Source: a bacterium
GTDB taxonomy: Bacteria; RBG-13-61-14; DATKZS01
DNA: 64,000 nt
Reading direction: 5' to 3'
Assembly (NCBI GenBank): GCA_963674965.2
Contig: CAXXFL010000001.1
Coordinates: 640,001 to 704,000 of the forward strand
Part shown: positions 1 to 12,725 of the stretch, piece by piece
How positions within the stretch are numbered: the first letter of the stretch is position 1
Layout of the letters: each line of letters begins with the position of its first letter
The notes under the pieces: model-generated
Database searches by the model: none
Told to the model about the DNA's origin: nothing
The model's input: the letters and a program-made list of their open reading frames with translations, nothing else
Made by a program: the position numbers and the translations under genes

Positions 1-294
1 AAAAGGACGGCCGGAGGAAGAGCGTTGTCTTTGACTCTCGCGGCGGGGTCGGGAACGATCGAGATGGCGGCCAAGGATTTCAGGTCGAAAATAGGCTACT
101 CGAGGGTTTTCTCCACCGCCTTCGAGATCGAGGCGGAGCGGGAAGGTTTCGTTATCCGAGGGTCCGGCTCGGGACACGGGGCCGGCCTGTGCCAATGGGG
201 CGCGAGGGGCATGGCGGAAGCCGGAGCCAAGAGCAAGGAAATTCTCGATTTCTATTTCCCGGGAACCGGCGTCGAGCCTTGGGACCCGGCCTGA
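1..294 (+). CDS. SpoIID/LytB-domain protein, C-terminal part (5' end outside window)
   Basis: Frame open from base 1; [15 protein letters not shown]...EILDFYFPG matches the SpoIID C-terminal signature; lies upstream of queA. Confidence 0.85.
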   Translation, partial: KRTAGGRALSLTLAAGSGTIEMAAKDFRSKIGYSRVFSTAFEIEAEREGFVIRGSGSGHGAGLCQWGARGMAEAGAKSKEILDFYFPGTGVEPWDPA

Positions 295-481
295 AAAAAT
301 TCCGGGCGGACTTTTTTCCCAAGGGAAAATAATATAGAATGCTACGAGTTGGCTCAAGAGAAAAGACGTTTTATCGCGAGAGCTTAGTCGGAGTTTAACC
401 CATAAGCCCGAAAGCGGGGCTAAAAAGCCTTGCCGCGTTTTGCCGCGACGAATAATCTAGGAAACACAGGGAGCTTTGGCC

Positions 482-1606
482 ATGGAACCCAGTCAAACGG
501 TTAAAGAATTGCAAGAAGAAATACAGGGCCTGCGCGAGGAGTACGACAAGCTGCTCGAGGCCAACCAGGTTCTGAACGAAAGGATTATCGAGGTCTATAC
601 GCTTTATAACGTGAGCAGGACCCTTTCCATGTCCCTCCAGTTAAACGAGCTGCTCGATCTCGTTATGAGCCTGATCGGCAAGTCCCTTAACATCAACCGC
701 TTCTCTCTCATGCTCCTGGACGAGCAAACAAGGAAGCTCTCCATAAGGGCCGCACACGGACTGGCGGACGAGATTCTTTTTCACGGCGAGTTCGATCCCG
801 AGGCGGGTCTCTCGGGCAAGGCCTTTTCCAAGGGCGAGCCCGTGATCGTCGAGGACCTGTCAAAGACCAACGATTTTATTTATTTCCAGGGCTCGGGCCT
901 TGACAAGGGAAGCTACCTGGGAGTGCCGCTTAAAAGGCCGGCCGGCACGGTAATAGGCGTGCTTAACGCCCACAAGTCCTCGTCCGGGGCTTTCAAGGAT
1001 TCCGACCTTCGCCTGTTCAAGGCCGTCTCCGAGCACGTGGCCGTGGCCATAGACCACGCCCTCGCCTTCCAGCAGACCCAGGAACTGATGAGCCGGGACG
1101 AACTGACCAACCTTTACAACCGCCGCTACTTCTTCGAGCGCTTCGAGAGGGAAGTTTACAGGGCCGAGCGCTACGGCCGTAGACTCTCGGTACTTATGAT
1201 AGACATCGATCATTTTAAAAATTATAACGATACTTATGGCCACCTGCGGGGCGACCAGGCCCTAAGGCGCATGGCCAGACTCCTCGAGGCCAACCTGAGA
1301 AGAGCGGACATCATCGCCAGGTACGGCGGCGAGGAATTTTTGGTCCTCCTGCCCGAGACCGAGAAAGACGACGCGGTGAAAGTCTGCGAAAAGCTCCGGA
1401 GCGAGGTCGAGAAAATCGATTTTAACGACGACGCCCCCAGGCTTGACAAGGCTGGGATGACCATCACCCTGGGCGTGGCCAGTATGCCCGACGACTCGGA
1501 GGAGGCCATCGAGCTTATCGACCTGGCCGACAAGGCCCTTTATTACGGCAAGGCCCAGGGCAGGAACCGCGTCTGTTGCGAGGTCCCGACCGCCTCGGGG
1601 AAATAG
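482..1606 (+). CDS. GAF-GGDEF diguanylate cyclase with N-terminal coiled coil
   Basis: DELTNLYNRRYF, RxxD I-site (RRAD), RYGGEEF active site; GAF-like region upstream; ATG 482 is better spaced from the RBS than TTG 476. Confidence 0.92.
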   Translation: MEPSQTVKELQEEIQGLREEYDKLLEANQVLNERIIEVYTLYNVSRTLSMSLQLNELLDLVMSLIGKSLNINRFSLMLLDEQTRKLSIRAAHGLADEILFHGEFDPEAGLSGKAFSKGEPVIVEDLSKTNDFIYFQGSGLDKGSYLGVPLKRPAGTVIGVLNAHKSSSGAFKDSDLRLFKAVSEHVAVAIDHALAFQQTQELMSRDELTNLYNRRYFFERFEREVYRAERYGRRLSVLMIDIDHFKNYNDTYGHLRGDQALRRMARLLEANLRRADIIARYGGEEFLVLLPETEKDDAVKVCEKLRSEVEKIDFNDDAPRLDKAGMTITLGVASMPDDSEEAIELIDLADKALYYGKAQGRNRVCCEVPTASGK

Positions 1607-1610
1607 GGGG

Positions 1611-3819
<2,209 letters not shown>

Positions 3820-4209
3820 ATGATAGACTGGACGGCCCTTATGGGCCTTATCGCCATGGCGCCGCCCGAGGGCGGAGAGGGCGGGGGCGCCCTCGGCAGT
3901 TTGCTTTTACCCATGGTGGCGGTATTTTTCGTGTTCTACCTTTTAATCATGCGTCCCGAAAAGAGGAAAAAGGAAGAGCGGGAAAGGATGCTGGGCGCCC
4001 TCGAGCGCGGCGACGAGGTAGTCACCGCGGGGGGCATCCTCGGCAAGATCACGGCCATAACCGACGCCACGGTGACCCTCGAGGTCGCCCCCGGCGTGAA
4101 AATAAAATTCAGCCGCCAGCATATCAGCGGTCCGGCCAACCCGGAGAACAAGGCGGCGGTTGACAAGGGAAAGGAAAACGGCAAAAAGGGAAAGGACAAA
4201 AACAAATAA
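3820..4209 (+). CDS. yajC: Preprotein translocase subunit YajC
   Basis: FYLLIMRP...GDEVVTAGGILG; between tgt and secD. Confidence 0.93.
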   Translation: MIDWTALMGLIAMAPPEGGEGGGALGSLLLPMVAVFFVFYLLIMRPEKRKKEERERMLGALERGDEVVTAGGILGKITAITDATVTLEVAPGVKIKFSRQHISGPANPENKAAVDKGKENGKKGKDKNK

Positions 4210-4254
4210 CGGGTCCTTTCAAATCCGCCGATAGCCGTTAAGGGGAAACAGGCA

Positions 4255-6033
4255 ATGGAAAAAAGTTTGAAGTACAGATTGGCGCTGGTGACGGTCATAC
4301 TGGTCGTCGCCTTTACCTCCCTGGTCCCGTCCGTCAAGTACGACTACGGGAACAACAAGTCCGAGCTGCCCGAGTGGTGGACCGATGGGTTCCTGTCGGG
4401 GGTCCTGCCCCAGAAGCACCTGACCCTGGGACTGGACCTGCAGGGAGGCATGGACGTGGTCCTGGGCGTGAACGCCGAACAGGCCGTGGTAAACGAGCTC
4501 AAATATATCACGGAAGTAATCGGCGACTATTTCAAGGACAGGGACGTAAAATATACCAGCCTCGAGCTTGACGCCAAGGCGCAGGCGATCAAGGTGGTTT
4601 TTCCCGACCGGGAGGTCATGGAAAAGGGCGCTCGGGTCATCTCCAAGAATTTCGCCTCCCTTGTCATCAAGGAGGGGGAAGACACGCTGAAGCAGACTTA
4701 TACTCTCAGGGAGTCGGAGAAGCGCCACGTTCTTTCCAAGTCCATCGATCAGGTGCGGGAGATTCTCGCGAGGCGCATAGACAACCTTGGTCTCACGGAG
4801 CCGGAAATAGCGGTTCAGGGAGACAATCAGATACGGGTCCAGCTTCCCGGCCGGCAGGACCCCGAGAGGATTAAAAAGATACTCCGGGAATCGGGCAAGC
4901 TCGAGTTCATGATCGTTTCCGGAGTGGGAAGGACCAGGGAATCGGTCGAGCAGCAGACGGGAGCAAAGCCGCAGGGCATGAACCTTGTCACCTGGCAGGA
5001 CCCGACCCGGCCGGACTTCAAGGTCGAGTGTTATTTCACCATGGACGTGGGAGTATCGGAAGGTCCCGTTCCTCCCCGCAGAAGGCTGGCCGAGGGCAAG
5101 GAGAGCATGGAGGACCAGGCCGGCGCGACCTGTTATCTTTTAACCGAGGAAATGATGGTCTCGGGCAAGGACTTAAAGGACGCCCGTCCCGGATACGACC
5201 CTAACAACACCTACGCCTCGGTGGTCAACTTTCAGCTCAACATGAAGGGCGCCCAGCGTTTTGGCAAGCTTACGGGCGAGAACGTCCAGGAGCGGCTGGC
5301 CATCGTGTTGGAGGACAAGGTGGTCACGGCGCCGGTCATCCAGAGCAAGATTTTCAACCGGGGCCAGATCACGGGCGGCTTTACTCAGGAGGAGGCCACC
5401 GACCTGGCCAACGTGCTCCGGTCCGGCGCCATGGACGTGAGCATCATCATCGAGGAGGAAAGGACCGTCGGCGCCACCCTGGGAGCCGACTCGATCCACA
5501 AGGGACAGGTGGCCATCTTCTGGGGCTTCATCGTCGTGATCTTATTCATGGGCGTTTATTACAGCATAGGCGGCTTGATCGCCGACTTCGCCCTGCTCAT
5601 GAACCTGGTGCTCATCATGTCCGCCCTCAGCTTTTTCGGCGCGACCCTCACCCTGCCCGGCATAGCGGGTCTGGTCCTTACCGTGGGCATGGCCGTGGAC
5701 GCCAACGTGCTTATATTCGAGAGGGTAAGGGAGGAGTTGAGGACCGGCAAGACGCCCCGGGCGTCCATCGAGGCCGGGTACGCCAAGGCCCTCTGGACCA
5801 TTCTCGACGCCAACATCACCACCATGATCGCGGCCCTGGTGTTGCTCCAGTGGGGAACCGGACCGATCAAGGGGTTCGCCGTGACCCTGGCGCTGGGCAT
5901 CGTAAGCAGCTTGTTCACGGCCATCGTCGTTACCCGAGTAGTGTATGACCTCATCTTCAGTACCCAAAAGGACGCCAAGCTAAGGATAGGCATCAGCCTC
6001 GAGCCCGCGGCGGACCTCGAGGGTAAAAGGTAG
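4255..6033 (+). CDS. secD: Protein translocase subunit SecD
   Basis: LGLDLQGG, RTVGATLG, TLTLPGIAG, GMAVDANVLIFER, ILDANITT. Confidence 0.96.
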   Translation: MEKSLKYRLALVTVILVVAFTSLVPSVKYDYGNNKSELPEWWTDGFLSGVLPQKHLTLGLDLQGGMDVVLGVNAEQAVVNELKYITEVIGDYFKDRDVKYTSLELDAKAQAIKVVFPDREVMEKGARVISKNFASLVIKEGEDTLKQTYTLRESEKRHVLSKSIDQVREILARRIDNLGLTEPEIAVQGDNQIRVQLPGRQDPERIKKILRESGKLEFMIVSGVGRTRESVEQQTGAKPQGMNLVTWQDPTRPDFKVECYFTMDVGVSEGPVPPRRRLAEGKESMEDQAGATCYLLTEEMMVSGKDLKDARPGYDPNNTYASVVNFQLNMKGAQRFGKLTGENVQERLAIVLEDKVVTAPVIQSKIFNRGQITGGFTQEEATDLANVLRSGAMDVSIIIEEERTVGATLGADSIHKGQVAIFWGFIVVILFMGVYYSIGGLIADFALLMNLVLIMSALSFFGATLTLPGIAGLVLTVGMAVDANVLIFERVREELRTGKTPRASIEAGYAKALWTILDANITTMIAALVLLQWGTGPIKGFAVTLALGIVSSLFTAIVVTRVVYDLIFSTQKDAKLRIGISLEPAADLEGKR

Positions 6034-6048
6034 AGGGGGAGTTGTAAA

Positions 6049-7047
6049 ATGGAATTTATCAAGCCTGATACCAATGTAAACTTCGTGGGCTACAGAAAAA
6101 TAGCCCTTGTCGTCTCGGGAGCTTTAATCCTGGCCAGCCTGGCCGCTCTAGTTATAAAAGGACCCAACTGGGGTATCGACTTCGCCGGCGGCGCCGAGAT
6201 GCAGATACAGTTCGAAAAGCCCCTCGGCATCGACGGCATGGCCAAGCTCAGGACCGCCATTGAGTCCCTCGGCCTGGGCGACGTCAAGGTGCAGGAAGTA
6301 AAGGACGTGGGACAGACCGAGACCTCGATATACCTTATACGGATGGAAAGCCTGAACGTGGAGGAGGAAAACCAGGCCGATCCCTCGGGGGAGGCGGGCG
6401 CCGAATCCGATGAGTCGGTTATGAAGGTCGAGGCCCAATTGACCAAGACCTTCGGCGAGGGCTCGTACGAGATTTTGAAAACCGACTTCGTCGGTCCCCG
6501 CGTGGGCGACGAGCTCAGGAACGCCGGCTACTTCTCCATCGGCTTCGCCATGATCCTTATCCTGATCTACGTGTCACTCCGCTTCGAGCTTCGGTTCGCC
6601 ATCGGCGCCGTGCTGGCCCTCATCCACGACGTGATAATCACCACGGGCGCCTTCGTGATCATGGACAAGGAATTCAACCTGGCCATCATCGCCGCGATCC
6701 TTACCATCATCGGTTACTCGCTTAACGACACCATCGTCGTTTTCGACCGGGTCAGGGAGAACGTCAGGCGTCTGAGGAGACTGAGCTTTCCCGACATGAT
6801 CAACGCCTCGGTCAACGAGACCCTGTCAAGGACCCTTTTGACCTCTTGCACTACCCTGGTCGTGGTCTTTTTCCTCTGGCTTTTAGGAGGCGGCGTTATT
6901 CACGACTTCGCCTTCGCCCTGCTTGTGGGAGTTATCGTGGGTACTTATTCGTCCATTTTCGTCGCCAGCTCTTTCATCATCGCCTGGGACGAATTCAAGG
7001 CGGCCAGGCGCTCGCCGGTCGCGCTCGACAAGAAGACGGCCGACTAG
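6049..7047 (+). CDS. secF: Protein translocase subunit SecF
   Basis: GIDFAGG, VGPRVG, GYSLNDTIVVFDRVRE, GTYSSIFVA. Confidence 0.96.
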   Translation: MEFIKPDTNVNFVGYRKIALVVSGALILASLAALVIKGPNWGIDFAGGAEMQIQFEKPLGIDGMAKLRTAIESLGLGDVKVQEVKDVGQTETSIYLIRMESLNVEEENQADPSGEAGAESDESVMKVEAQLTKTFGEGSYEILKTDFVGPRVGDELRNAGYFSIGFAMILILIYVSLRFELRFAIGAVLALIHDVIITTGAFVIMDKEFNLAIIAAILTIIGYSLNDTIVVFDRVRENVRRLRRLSFPDMINASVNETLSRTLLTSCTTLVVVFFLWLLGGGVIHDFAFALLVGVIVGTYSSIFVASSFIIAWDEFKAARRSPVALDKKTAD

Positions 7048-7137
7048 CGGCCCCATCGGCCCAATTGACAAAAGGGCGGGGCCTGGGCCGTCCCGCCCGG
7101 CCGGGCTTTTGGACAAGGCCCGAAAAGGACCGCCGCG

Positions 7138-7674
7138 ATGGATATTGCCATTATCGTTATCGCCTGGATCGGGTTGATCTTCTTTTTCGGGATCATGGCC
7201 CTGGCCCTTCTATCCCACCTTCTCGGCCTGCCCGGCAATTGGGTCATATTGGCCGAGACCCTCATTTATGGACTTATCACCTGGTGGGACAAGGGCATAG
7301 CCGGCTGGGACCTTTTGGCCCTGGCCCTTATGGCCGGCGCGGGAGAGCTGGGAGAATTCCTGGTCACGGCTTACGGCGCGCAAAAATTCGGGGCCGAGAA
7401 GAAGGCCATTTACGCCGCCCTGGCCGGAGGACTTCTAGGCGCCATCCTCGGGAACATGGTGATCGTAATCATCGGCGCCCTGATCGGGGCCTTTGCCGGC
7501 GTCTTTCTCGGAGCGGCCCTCCTGACCTACTACTACGAAAAGGACGCGGGTAAAGCCGCCAAGGCCGGAATAGGCGCCTTTATGGGACGGCTCGGCGCCG
7601 TTCTTCTAAAAGGGACCATGGGCGTGGCCATGGCCGCGGTCATCCTTACCCAGATCGTACCCTACCTGCTGTGA
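7138..7674 (+). CDS. DUF456-like membrane protein
   Basis: Gly/Ala-rich TM helices with LPG, GAQKFGA and GAFAGVFLG pattern. Confidence 0.75.
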   Translation: MDIAIIVIAWIGLIFFFGIMALALLSHLLGLPGNWVILAETLIYGLITWWDKGIAGWDLLALALMAGAGELGEFLVTAYGAQKFGAEKKAIYAALAGGLLGAILGNMVIVIIGALIGAFAGVFLGAALLTYYYEKDAGKAAKAGIGAFMGRLGAVLLKGTMGVAMAAVILTQIVPYLL

Positions 7675-7762
7675 AACTCTCCGCCAAAAAATTTATGGGC
7701 AACCCAACGTCCGGAGAAGCCGCTTCAAAGGGCGGCGGAAAATAATCGAGGACCCCGGCCCT

Positions 7763-9463
7763 ATGGAATGGCTCATTCGCGCGCAAGACAAGGCCAAAGT
7801 TTTCGAGCTGGCCGAGACCCTGTCCGTGCCCCCCCTTATAGCCTGGGTACTTCTTAACCGGAGGATAGGCGATCCCGAAATCGCCCGGGAATTTTTGGAG
7901 CCCAAGCTTTCTCATCTGGCGCCCAAGCTGGAAATGGCGGGAATGGCAAAGGCCGTTTCGCGGATAATCGCCGCCCTCGAGAATAGGGAGATTATTGGCG
8001 TCCATGGCGATTACGACGTTGACGGCATCACCGGCGCGGCCGTCTTTATAAAGTTTATCGAGGAACTTGGCGGTGGGGTTACATGGCGTTTGCCTCACCG
8101 GGCCCGGGAAGGATACGGCATGAAGCCGGAGGGTATCGATGACCTCCACCGGGAAGGGGCGAGCCTCATCGTCGCCGTCGATTGCGGGTCCAACGACTTC
8201 GCGGCGGTGGAGCGGGCCAACGAGCTGGGCCTCGACGTGATCGTGGCCGACCACCACCAGGTTACGGTCGGACTGCCGCCCGCGCTGGCGGTCATCAATC
8301 ACAACCGGGAAGATTGCCCCATGCGCGGATGCGAGCTTTCCGGAGCGGGCGTGGCTTTTTACCTGATCGCGGCGGTCCGGGCCAGGCTTAGGGAGACCGG
8401 CGTCCTCGATGCCGACGGCGGGCCCAACCTGCTGAATTACCTAGACCTTGTGGCCCTGGGCGCCGTGGCCGACGTCGTGCCCCTGACCGGGCTCAACCGG
8501 GCGCTGGTGTATTTCGGGCTCGAGAGGATCAATAAAGGAGGACGTCCGGGAATAATCCAGCTTCAAAGAGTGGCGGGGTCCATGGGCAAGATCGCCGGGA
8601 CCGGCCAGTTGGCCTTCCATCTCGCGCCCCGCCTGAACGCGGCGGGAAGGATGGACGACGCGTCCCTTGCCCTCCGGCTCCTCCTGGAGGAAAGCGAAAG
8701 GGAGGCGGGAATGATCGCGGACCAACTCGAGAAGATGAACCAGACGCGAAGAAGAGTTGAAGAGAATATTTTCCAGGAGGCCCAAAAACAACTGGAAGGA
8801 GAGGATGATGACCTTCCAGCTCTGGTGACCCACGGACAGGGATGGCACGTGGGCGTGATAGGTATCGTGGCGTCCCGCTTGGTCGAGAAGTACGGAAAAC
8901 CCGCGGCGGTCATCGGAGTTCACGACGGAGTGGGGAAAGGGTCGCTGCGAGGGGTCTCCGGCCTCAACCTGCACGAAGTATTAAAGTCCTGTTCTCATCT
9001 TTTCGAAAGGTTCGGCGGACATTCGGGCGCGGCGGGCATAACCATAAAAAATGAAAATATCTCGGCGTTTAGGAATGAATTTTCCCGTATTGTCGGCGAG
9101 TCGCTTGGGAAAAAAGTTTTTGGTCCGGCGCTGAAAGTCGACGCCGAGTGGCCCCTTAACCAGGTTGACCGCGATCTTATCAATGACCTGGAGAAGCTAA
9201 AGCCCCATGGGATGGGAAATCCCGAGCCCAGCTTTTGCGCCAGGGGTGTCCTGGTCCAGTGGTCCAGGGAGGCCCGCTCGAATACTCTGCTGATGGGACT
9301 CGAGGAAAAAGGCGCGTCCTTTACCTGCGTCGGCTTTCGGATGGCCGACAGGCGCCCCGAGCCGGGCGAAAGGATCGACGTGGTCTATACTCCCATCTTG
9401 GATTCATATCAGGGCGTAGAAAAAATCAAGTTAAGAATCAAAGACTTCCATGTCCTTTTATGA
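7763..9463 (+). CDS. recJ: ssDNA-specific exonuclease RecJ
   Basis: GDYDVDG, EGYG, VDCG, DHH, PRLNAAGR, FGGHSGAAG, PHGMGNPEP. Confidence 0.95.
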   Translation: MEWLIRAQDKAKVFELAETLSVPPLIAWVLLNRRIGDPEIAREFLEPKLSHLAPKLEMAGMAKAVSRIIAALENREIIGVHGDYDVDGITGAAVFIKFIEELGGGVTWRLPHRAREGYGMKPEGIDDLHREGASLIVAVDCGSNDFAAVERANELGLDVIVADHHQVTVGLPPALAVINHNREDCPMRGCELSGAGVAFYLIAAVRARLRETGVLDADGGPNLLNYLDLVALGAVADVVPLTGLNRALVYFGLERINKGGRPGIIQLQRVAGSMGKIAGTGQLAFHLAPRLNAAGRMDDASLALRLLLEESEREAGMIADQLEKMNQTRRRVEENIFQEAQKQLEGEDDDLPALVTHGQGWHVGVIGIVASRLVEKYGKPAAVIGVHDGVGKGSLRGVSGLNLHEVLKSCSHLFERFGGHSGAAGITIKNENISAFRNEFSRIVGESLGKKVFGPALKVDAEWPLNQVDRDLINDLEKLKPHGMGNPEPSFCARGVLVQWSREARSNTLLMGLEEKGASFTCVGFRMADRRPEPGERIDVVYTPILDSYQGVEKIKLRIKDFHVLL

Positions 9464-9557
9464 GAAACGGCCGGCGCGGGACAAGCGGGCGTAACCTTTT
9501 TATCGATCGGGCGTCACTAACCATTAAAGTATGAATTCGATAAAAGAAGGCCAAGAA

Positions 9558-9815
9558 ATGACGGAAGTAGACCAGAACCATTGTCCCAGACACCCCGACC
9601 AATCGGTCGTGGCCAGATGCGTCAGGTTTAATCGCAGGTTCTGCGAGTTGTGTTTCCAGGACCCTGACGATAAGCCCGAGTGCCTCTCCGAGGGCACCTA
9701 TTGCGAATACCGCTCCCAATGCACCCTCTACGAGCGAGTAAAGAGGAGAAGGAGGGAGGAGAGGCGAAAAGCCGCCGAATCGGCGTCCACGTCCGCCGAG
9801 GCTGGAGGAGCTTGA
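9558..9815 (+). CDS. Small Cys/His-rich putative zinc-binding protein (B-box-like)
   Basis: CPRHP...C...FCELC followed by C..C..C motif and a basic tail; start could be 9531 or 9558. Confidence 0.6.
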   Translation: MTEVDQNHCPRHPDQSVVARCVRFNRRFCELCFQDPDDKPECLSEGTYCEYRSQCTLYERVKRRRREERRKAAESASTSAEAGGA

Positions 9816-9861
9816 TAAGTTTTTCTTCTCTTTTTACAATCCCGTGCTATAATATGCCTTC

Positions 9862-10104
9862 ATGGCGCTTGCCCGACTGATAGCCGTATTTAACGGAGAC
9901 CTTGAGGAATCCACTGAAACCTATAAATTTCTGCAGGGCCACCTGGTGCCGGTTAAGATGATACCCGACGTTACTTCTCCTCCGCTTCCGGGCCAGGCGG
10001 CCGACGACGTCAGGACCCGCTACAGCCTTTACGTTCTTCTGGTCGGCGAGGAAGACGCCGAATGGGCCGAGGGCCTTATAAAGGCTTACGTGGCCGGACG
10101 CTGA
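9862..10104 (+). CDS. Hypothetical small protein (DUF2007-like)
   Basis: 80-aa ORF preceded by TGCTATAAT; LLVGEEDAEWAEGLI resembles the DUF2007 C-terminus. Confidence 0.5.
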   Translation: MALARLIAVFNGDLEESTETYKFLQGHLVPVKMIPDVTSPPLPGQAADDVRTRYSLYVLLVGEEDAEWAEGLIKAYVAGR

Positions 10105-10175
10105 TCCTCCATTATTGTCTTTGCCCGCTAAGTGAATACAAGATAATATCATCATAGTGCATGGCGAATGTTAGC

Positions 10176-10227
10176 CTCACGAAAAACTAACGAAATCTTA
10201 ATGCGAGTGGTTTAACCTTAAGCTTAG
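10176..10227 (+). promoter_or_regulatory. Putative Pho-box array upstream of phoB
   Basis: CTCAC/CTAAC/TTAAT at exact 11-bp period (10176, 10187, 10198), plus TTAAC/CTTAG (10212, 10223). Confidence 0.55.
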
Positions 10228-10251
10228 CTTGAACTTTTAAGGATTAATAAA

Positions 10252-10941
10252 ATGGCTAACGAACGTATACTGGTGGTGGACGACGAGGAGGATATCCTCG
10301 AGCTTGTCGATTACAATTTGACCAAGAACGGCTTTTCCGTTACGGGCGTAACGAGCGGGGAGGACGCCCTTGCCCGGGCTCGGGCCGATTTGCCCGACCT
10401 GGTGATCCTCGACCTTATGCTTCCCGGCGTGGACGGGCTGGACGTATGCAAGATATTGAAAAGCGACGGCAAGACTTCCCATATCCCCATCCTCATGCTC
10501 ACGGCCAAGGGTGAGGAGGCCGACGTGGTTACGGGACTCGAGTTGGGCGCCGACGACTACGTTACCAAGCCTTTCAGTCCCCGCGTTCTGGTGGCCAGGG
10601 TGAGGGCGGTCCTTCGCGCCCGGGCCAAGGCCTCGATCGAGGACGACAACGAGAAAGTCAAGATACACGGGCTGGTGATCGATCCCACCCGCTACGAGGC
10701 GCTGGTGGAAGGAGAGCCGGTCTATTTGACTCATTCCGAGTTTCGACTGCTTTTCCTGCTCGGCCGGAGGCCCGGAAGGGTGTTCACCCGAGAGCAGATA
10801 ATCGACAACGTCCATGGCTTCGACTACGCGGTGACCAACCGCTCGGTTGACGTCCTTATCGCCGGACTTCGTAAAAAACTGGGCGACCGGGGCGGCCTTA
10901 TCGAGACCGTGCGTGGCGTCGGCTACAGGATGAAGGATTAA
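10252..10941 (+). CDS. phoB: Phosphate regulon response regulator (OmpR/PhoB family)
   Basis: Receiver domain (DLMLPG, GADDYVTKPF) plus winged helix (IETVRGVGY); heads the pst cluster. Confidence 0.9.
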   Translation: MANERILVVDDEEDILELVDYNLTKNGFSVTGVTSGEDALARARADLPDLVILDLMLPGVDGLDVCKILKSDGKTSHIPILMLTAKGEEADVVTGLELGADDYVTKPFSPRVLVARVRAVLRARAKASIEDDNEKVKIHGLVIDPTRYEALVEGEPVYLTHSEFRLLFLLGRRPGRVFTREQIIDNVHGFDYAVTNRSVDVLIAGLRKKLGDRGGLIETVRGVGYRMKD

Positions 10942-10944
10942 TCC

Positions 10945-12708
10945 ATGCGGATCAGGCGGCTCCTGTGGCAGCTTTTCTTCTCCTATCTTTTTATCACGAT
11001 ATTTTCCCTGGCGGCGGCCCTGTTTTTCGCGTCCTGGGCGGTCCAGGGTTTTTACCAGGAAAAGATCGAGGAATCCCTCGAGACCCGGGCGCGGCTTCTG
11101 GAGAAAAACGTAACTCGGCGGCTTGTTAACGGCGAGCCCGGACTCGATCCTCTTATGGTCGAGCTTGGCAAGAGCGCGAAAACGCGTCTGACCGTAATCC
11201 TTCCCGACGGCAAGGTGGTGGCCGACTCGGAGAAGGACCCGGAACAAATGGACAACCACTCGGACCGCCCTGAAATAAAAAAGGCCTACTCGGGCGAGGT
11301 GGGCCGGAACTCGAGATATAGCCACACTCTCAAGACCGACATGGTCTACGTCGCCGTTCCCCTGATGGACAACTCGAAAGTAGTGGGCGTTCTTCGCGCC
11401 TCGACCCCCGTCGAGTCGGTCGGCGCCGCCCTGCATGACGTCCGGTCCATGCTTATCCTGGGCGGCCTTATCGCCGCTTTGGCCGCCGCCGTGACCAGCC
11501 TTTACGTGTCCAGGAAAATAACCAAGCCCCTGGAGGAGATGAAAAAAGTCGCCGAGCGCTTTTCCGCCGGCGAGCTCGATCTCCGCATGCCCGTGCCCGA
11601 CTCGGTGGAGGTGGCGGGCCTGGCCGAGGCCATGAACGAGATGGCCACCCAACTGGACGAGCGCATTCGAGTGATCAACGAGCAAAAGGGAAGGCAGGAG
11701 GCGATCCTCTCAAGCATGCAGGAGGGCGTCATCGCCGTGGACGGCGACGAAAGAATTATCAGCGTCAACGACTCGGCCGTTCAGATGCTGGGCATACGGG
11801 GCGAGGCCAAAGGCAGGACCGTAAGGGAGGTGGCAAGGAACGCGGACCTGCACGAGCTGGTTTCCCGCACTATCTCGAGCAAGGAAAAATCCGAGGCCGA
11901 GCTGACCATTAACGGCGAATCGGAGCGTTTCCTTCAGGCCCACGGGGCGGTGCTTCGCGACGCCAGGGGCTCGGCCATTGGAGCGGTCATAGTCCTTAAC
12001 GACGTCACCCGGATGAGGAAGCTCGAGGCGATAAGAAGGGACTTCGTGGGCAACGTGTCCCACGAGCTTCGGACCCCGGTGACATCGATCAAGGGTTTCG
12101 TCGAGACCCTTAACGACGGGGCCCTTGACAACCCCGAGGACGCCCGGCGGTTTCTTGGAATCATCTCCCGACAGGTGGACCAGCTTAACGCCCTCCTGGA
12201 GGACCTTTTATTATTGTCCAGGATCGAGAGCGGCCAGACCGAGAGCCCCATCAACTTCGCCGTGGAAAGGCTAAGGCCCGTTCTGGAGTCGGCCATCGAG
12301 GTCTCGAGCCTCAAGGCCGCGGCCAAGGACATAAATATTGGACTTAACTGTGATAAAGACCTCGAGGTCCGTATCAACTCTCCTCTTTTGACCCAGGCGA
12401 TCGTCAATCTAATAGATAACGCTGTCAACTATTCCAAGCCAGGCGGGGCGGTTATCGTCGAGGCGGAGACCACCGATCGAGGCGTCCGCATATCGGTCAA
12501 GGACAAGGGCAAGGGCATCGAGCCCGAGCATATCGGCCGTATTTTCGAGAGGTTCTACCGCGTGGACAAGGCCCGGAGCCGGAAGATGGGCGGCACCGGA
12601 TTGGGCCTGGCCATCGTCAAACATATTAGCCAGGCCCACGGCGGAAGCGTTGACGTAACCTCCAGGCCCGGCTCGGGCAGTACTTTCTTCATCGATTTGC
12701 CCTTATAA
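10945..12708 (+). CDS. phoR: Phosphate regulon sensor kinase (HAMP-PAS-HisKA-HATPase)
   Basis: NHSDRPE periplasmic motif, DFVGNVSHELRTP, FERFYRVDKARSR, GGTGLGLAIVKH. Confidence 0.92.
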   Translation: MRIRRLLWQLFFSYLFITIFSLAAALFFASWAVQGFYQEKIEESLETRARLLEKNVTRRLVNGEPGLDPLMVELGKSAKTRLTVILPDGKVVADSEKDPEQMDNHSDRPEIKKAYSGEVGRNSRYSHTLKTDMVYVAVPLMDNSKVVGVLRASTPVESVGAALHDVRSMLILGGLIAALAAAVTSLYVSRKITKPLEEMKKVAERFSAGELDLRMPVPDSVEVAGLAEAMNEMATQLDERIRVINEQKGRQEAILSSMQEGVIAVDGDERIISVNDSAVQMLGIRGEAKGRTVREVARNADLHELVSRTISSKEKSEAELTINGESERFLQAHGAVLRDARGSAIGAVIVLNDVTRMRKLEAIRRDFVGNVSHELRTPVTSIKGFVETLNDGALDNPEDARRFLGIISRQVDQLNALLEDLLLLSRIESGQTESPINFAVERLRPVLESAIEVSSLKAAAKDINIGLNCDKDLEVRINSPLLTQAIVNLIDNAVNYSKPGGAVIVEAETTDRGVRISVKDKGKGIEPEHIGRIFERFYRVDKARSRKMGGTGLGLAIVKHISQAHGGSVDVTSRPGSGSTFFIDLPL

Positions 12709-12725
12709 TCCGAAATGTTAGCGAT

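Noticed and set aside
300-475. c-di-GMP riboswitch upstream of the diguanylate cyclase
   Set aside because: Only a short AGCCC-GAAAGCG-GGGCT hairpin; the conserved class I/II elements were not found.
10237-11685. Long antisense ORFs (also 21834-23384, 27312-28745, 34107-35408, 39603-40955, 53657-55354)
   Set aside because: Shadow frames opposite well-supported genes in GC-rich DNA, with no recognisable motifs.
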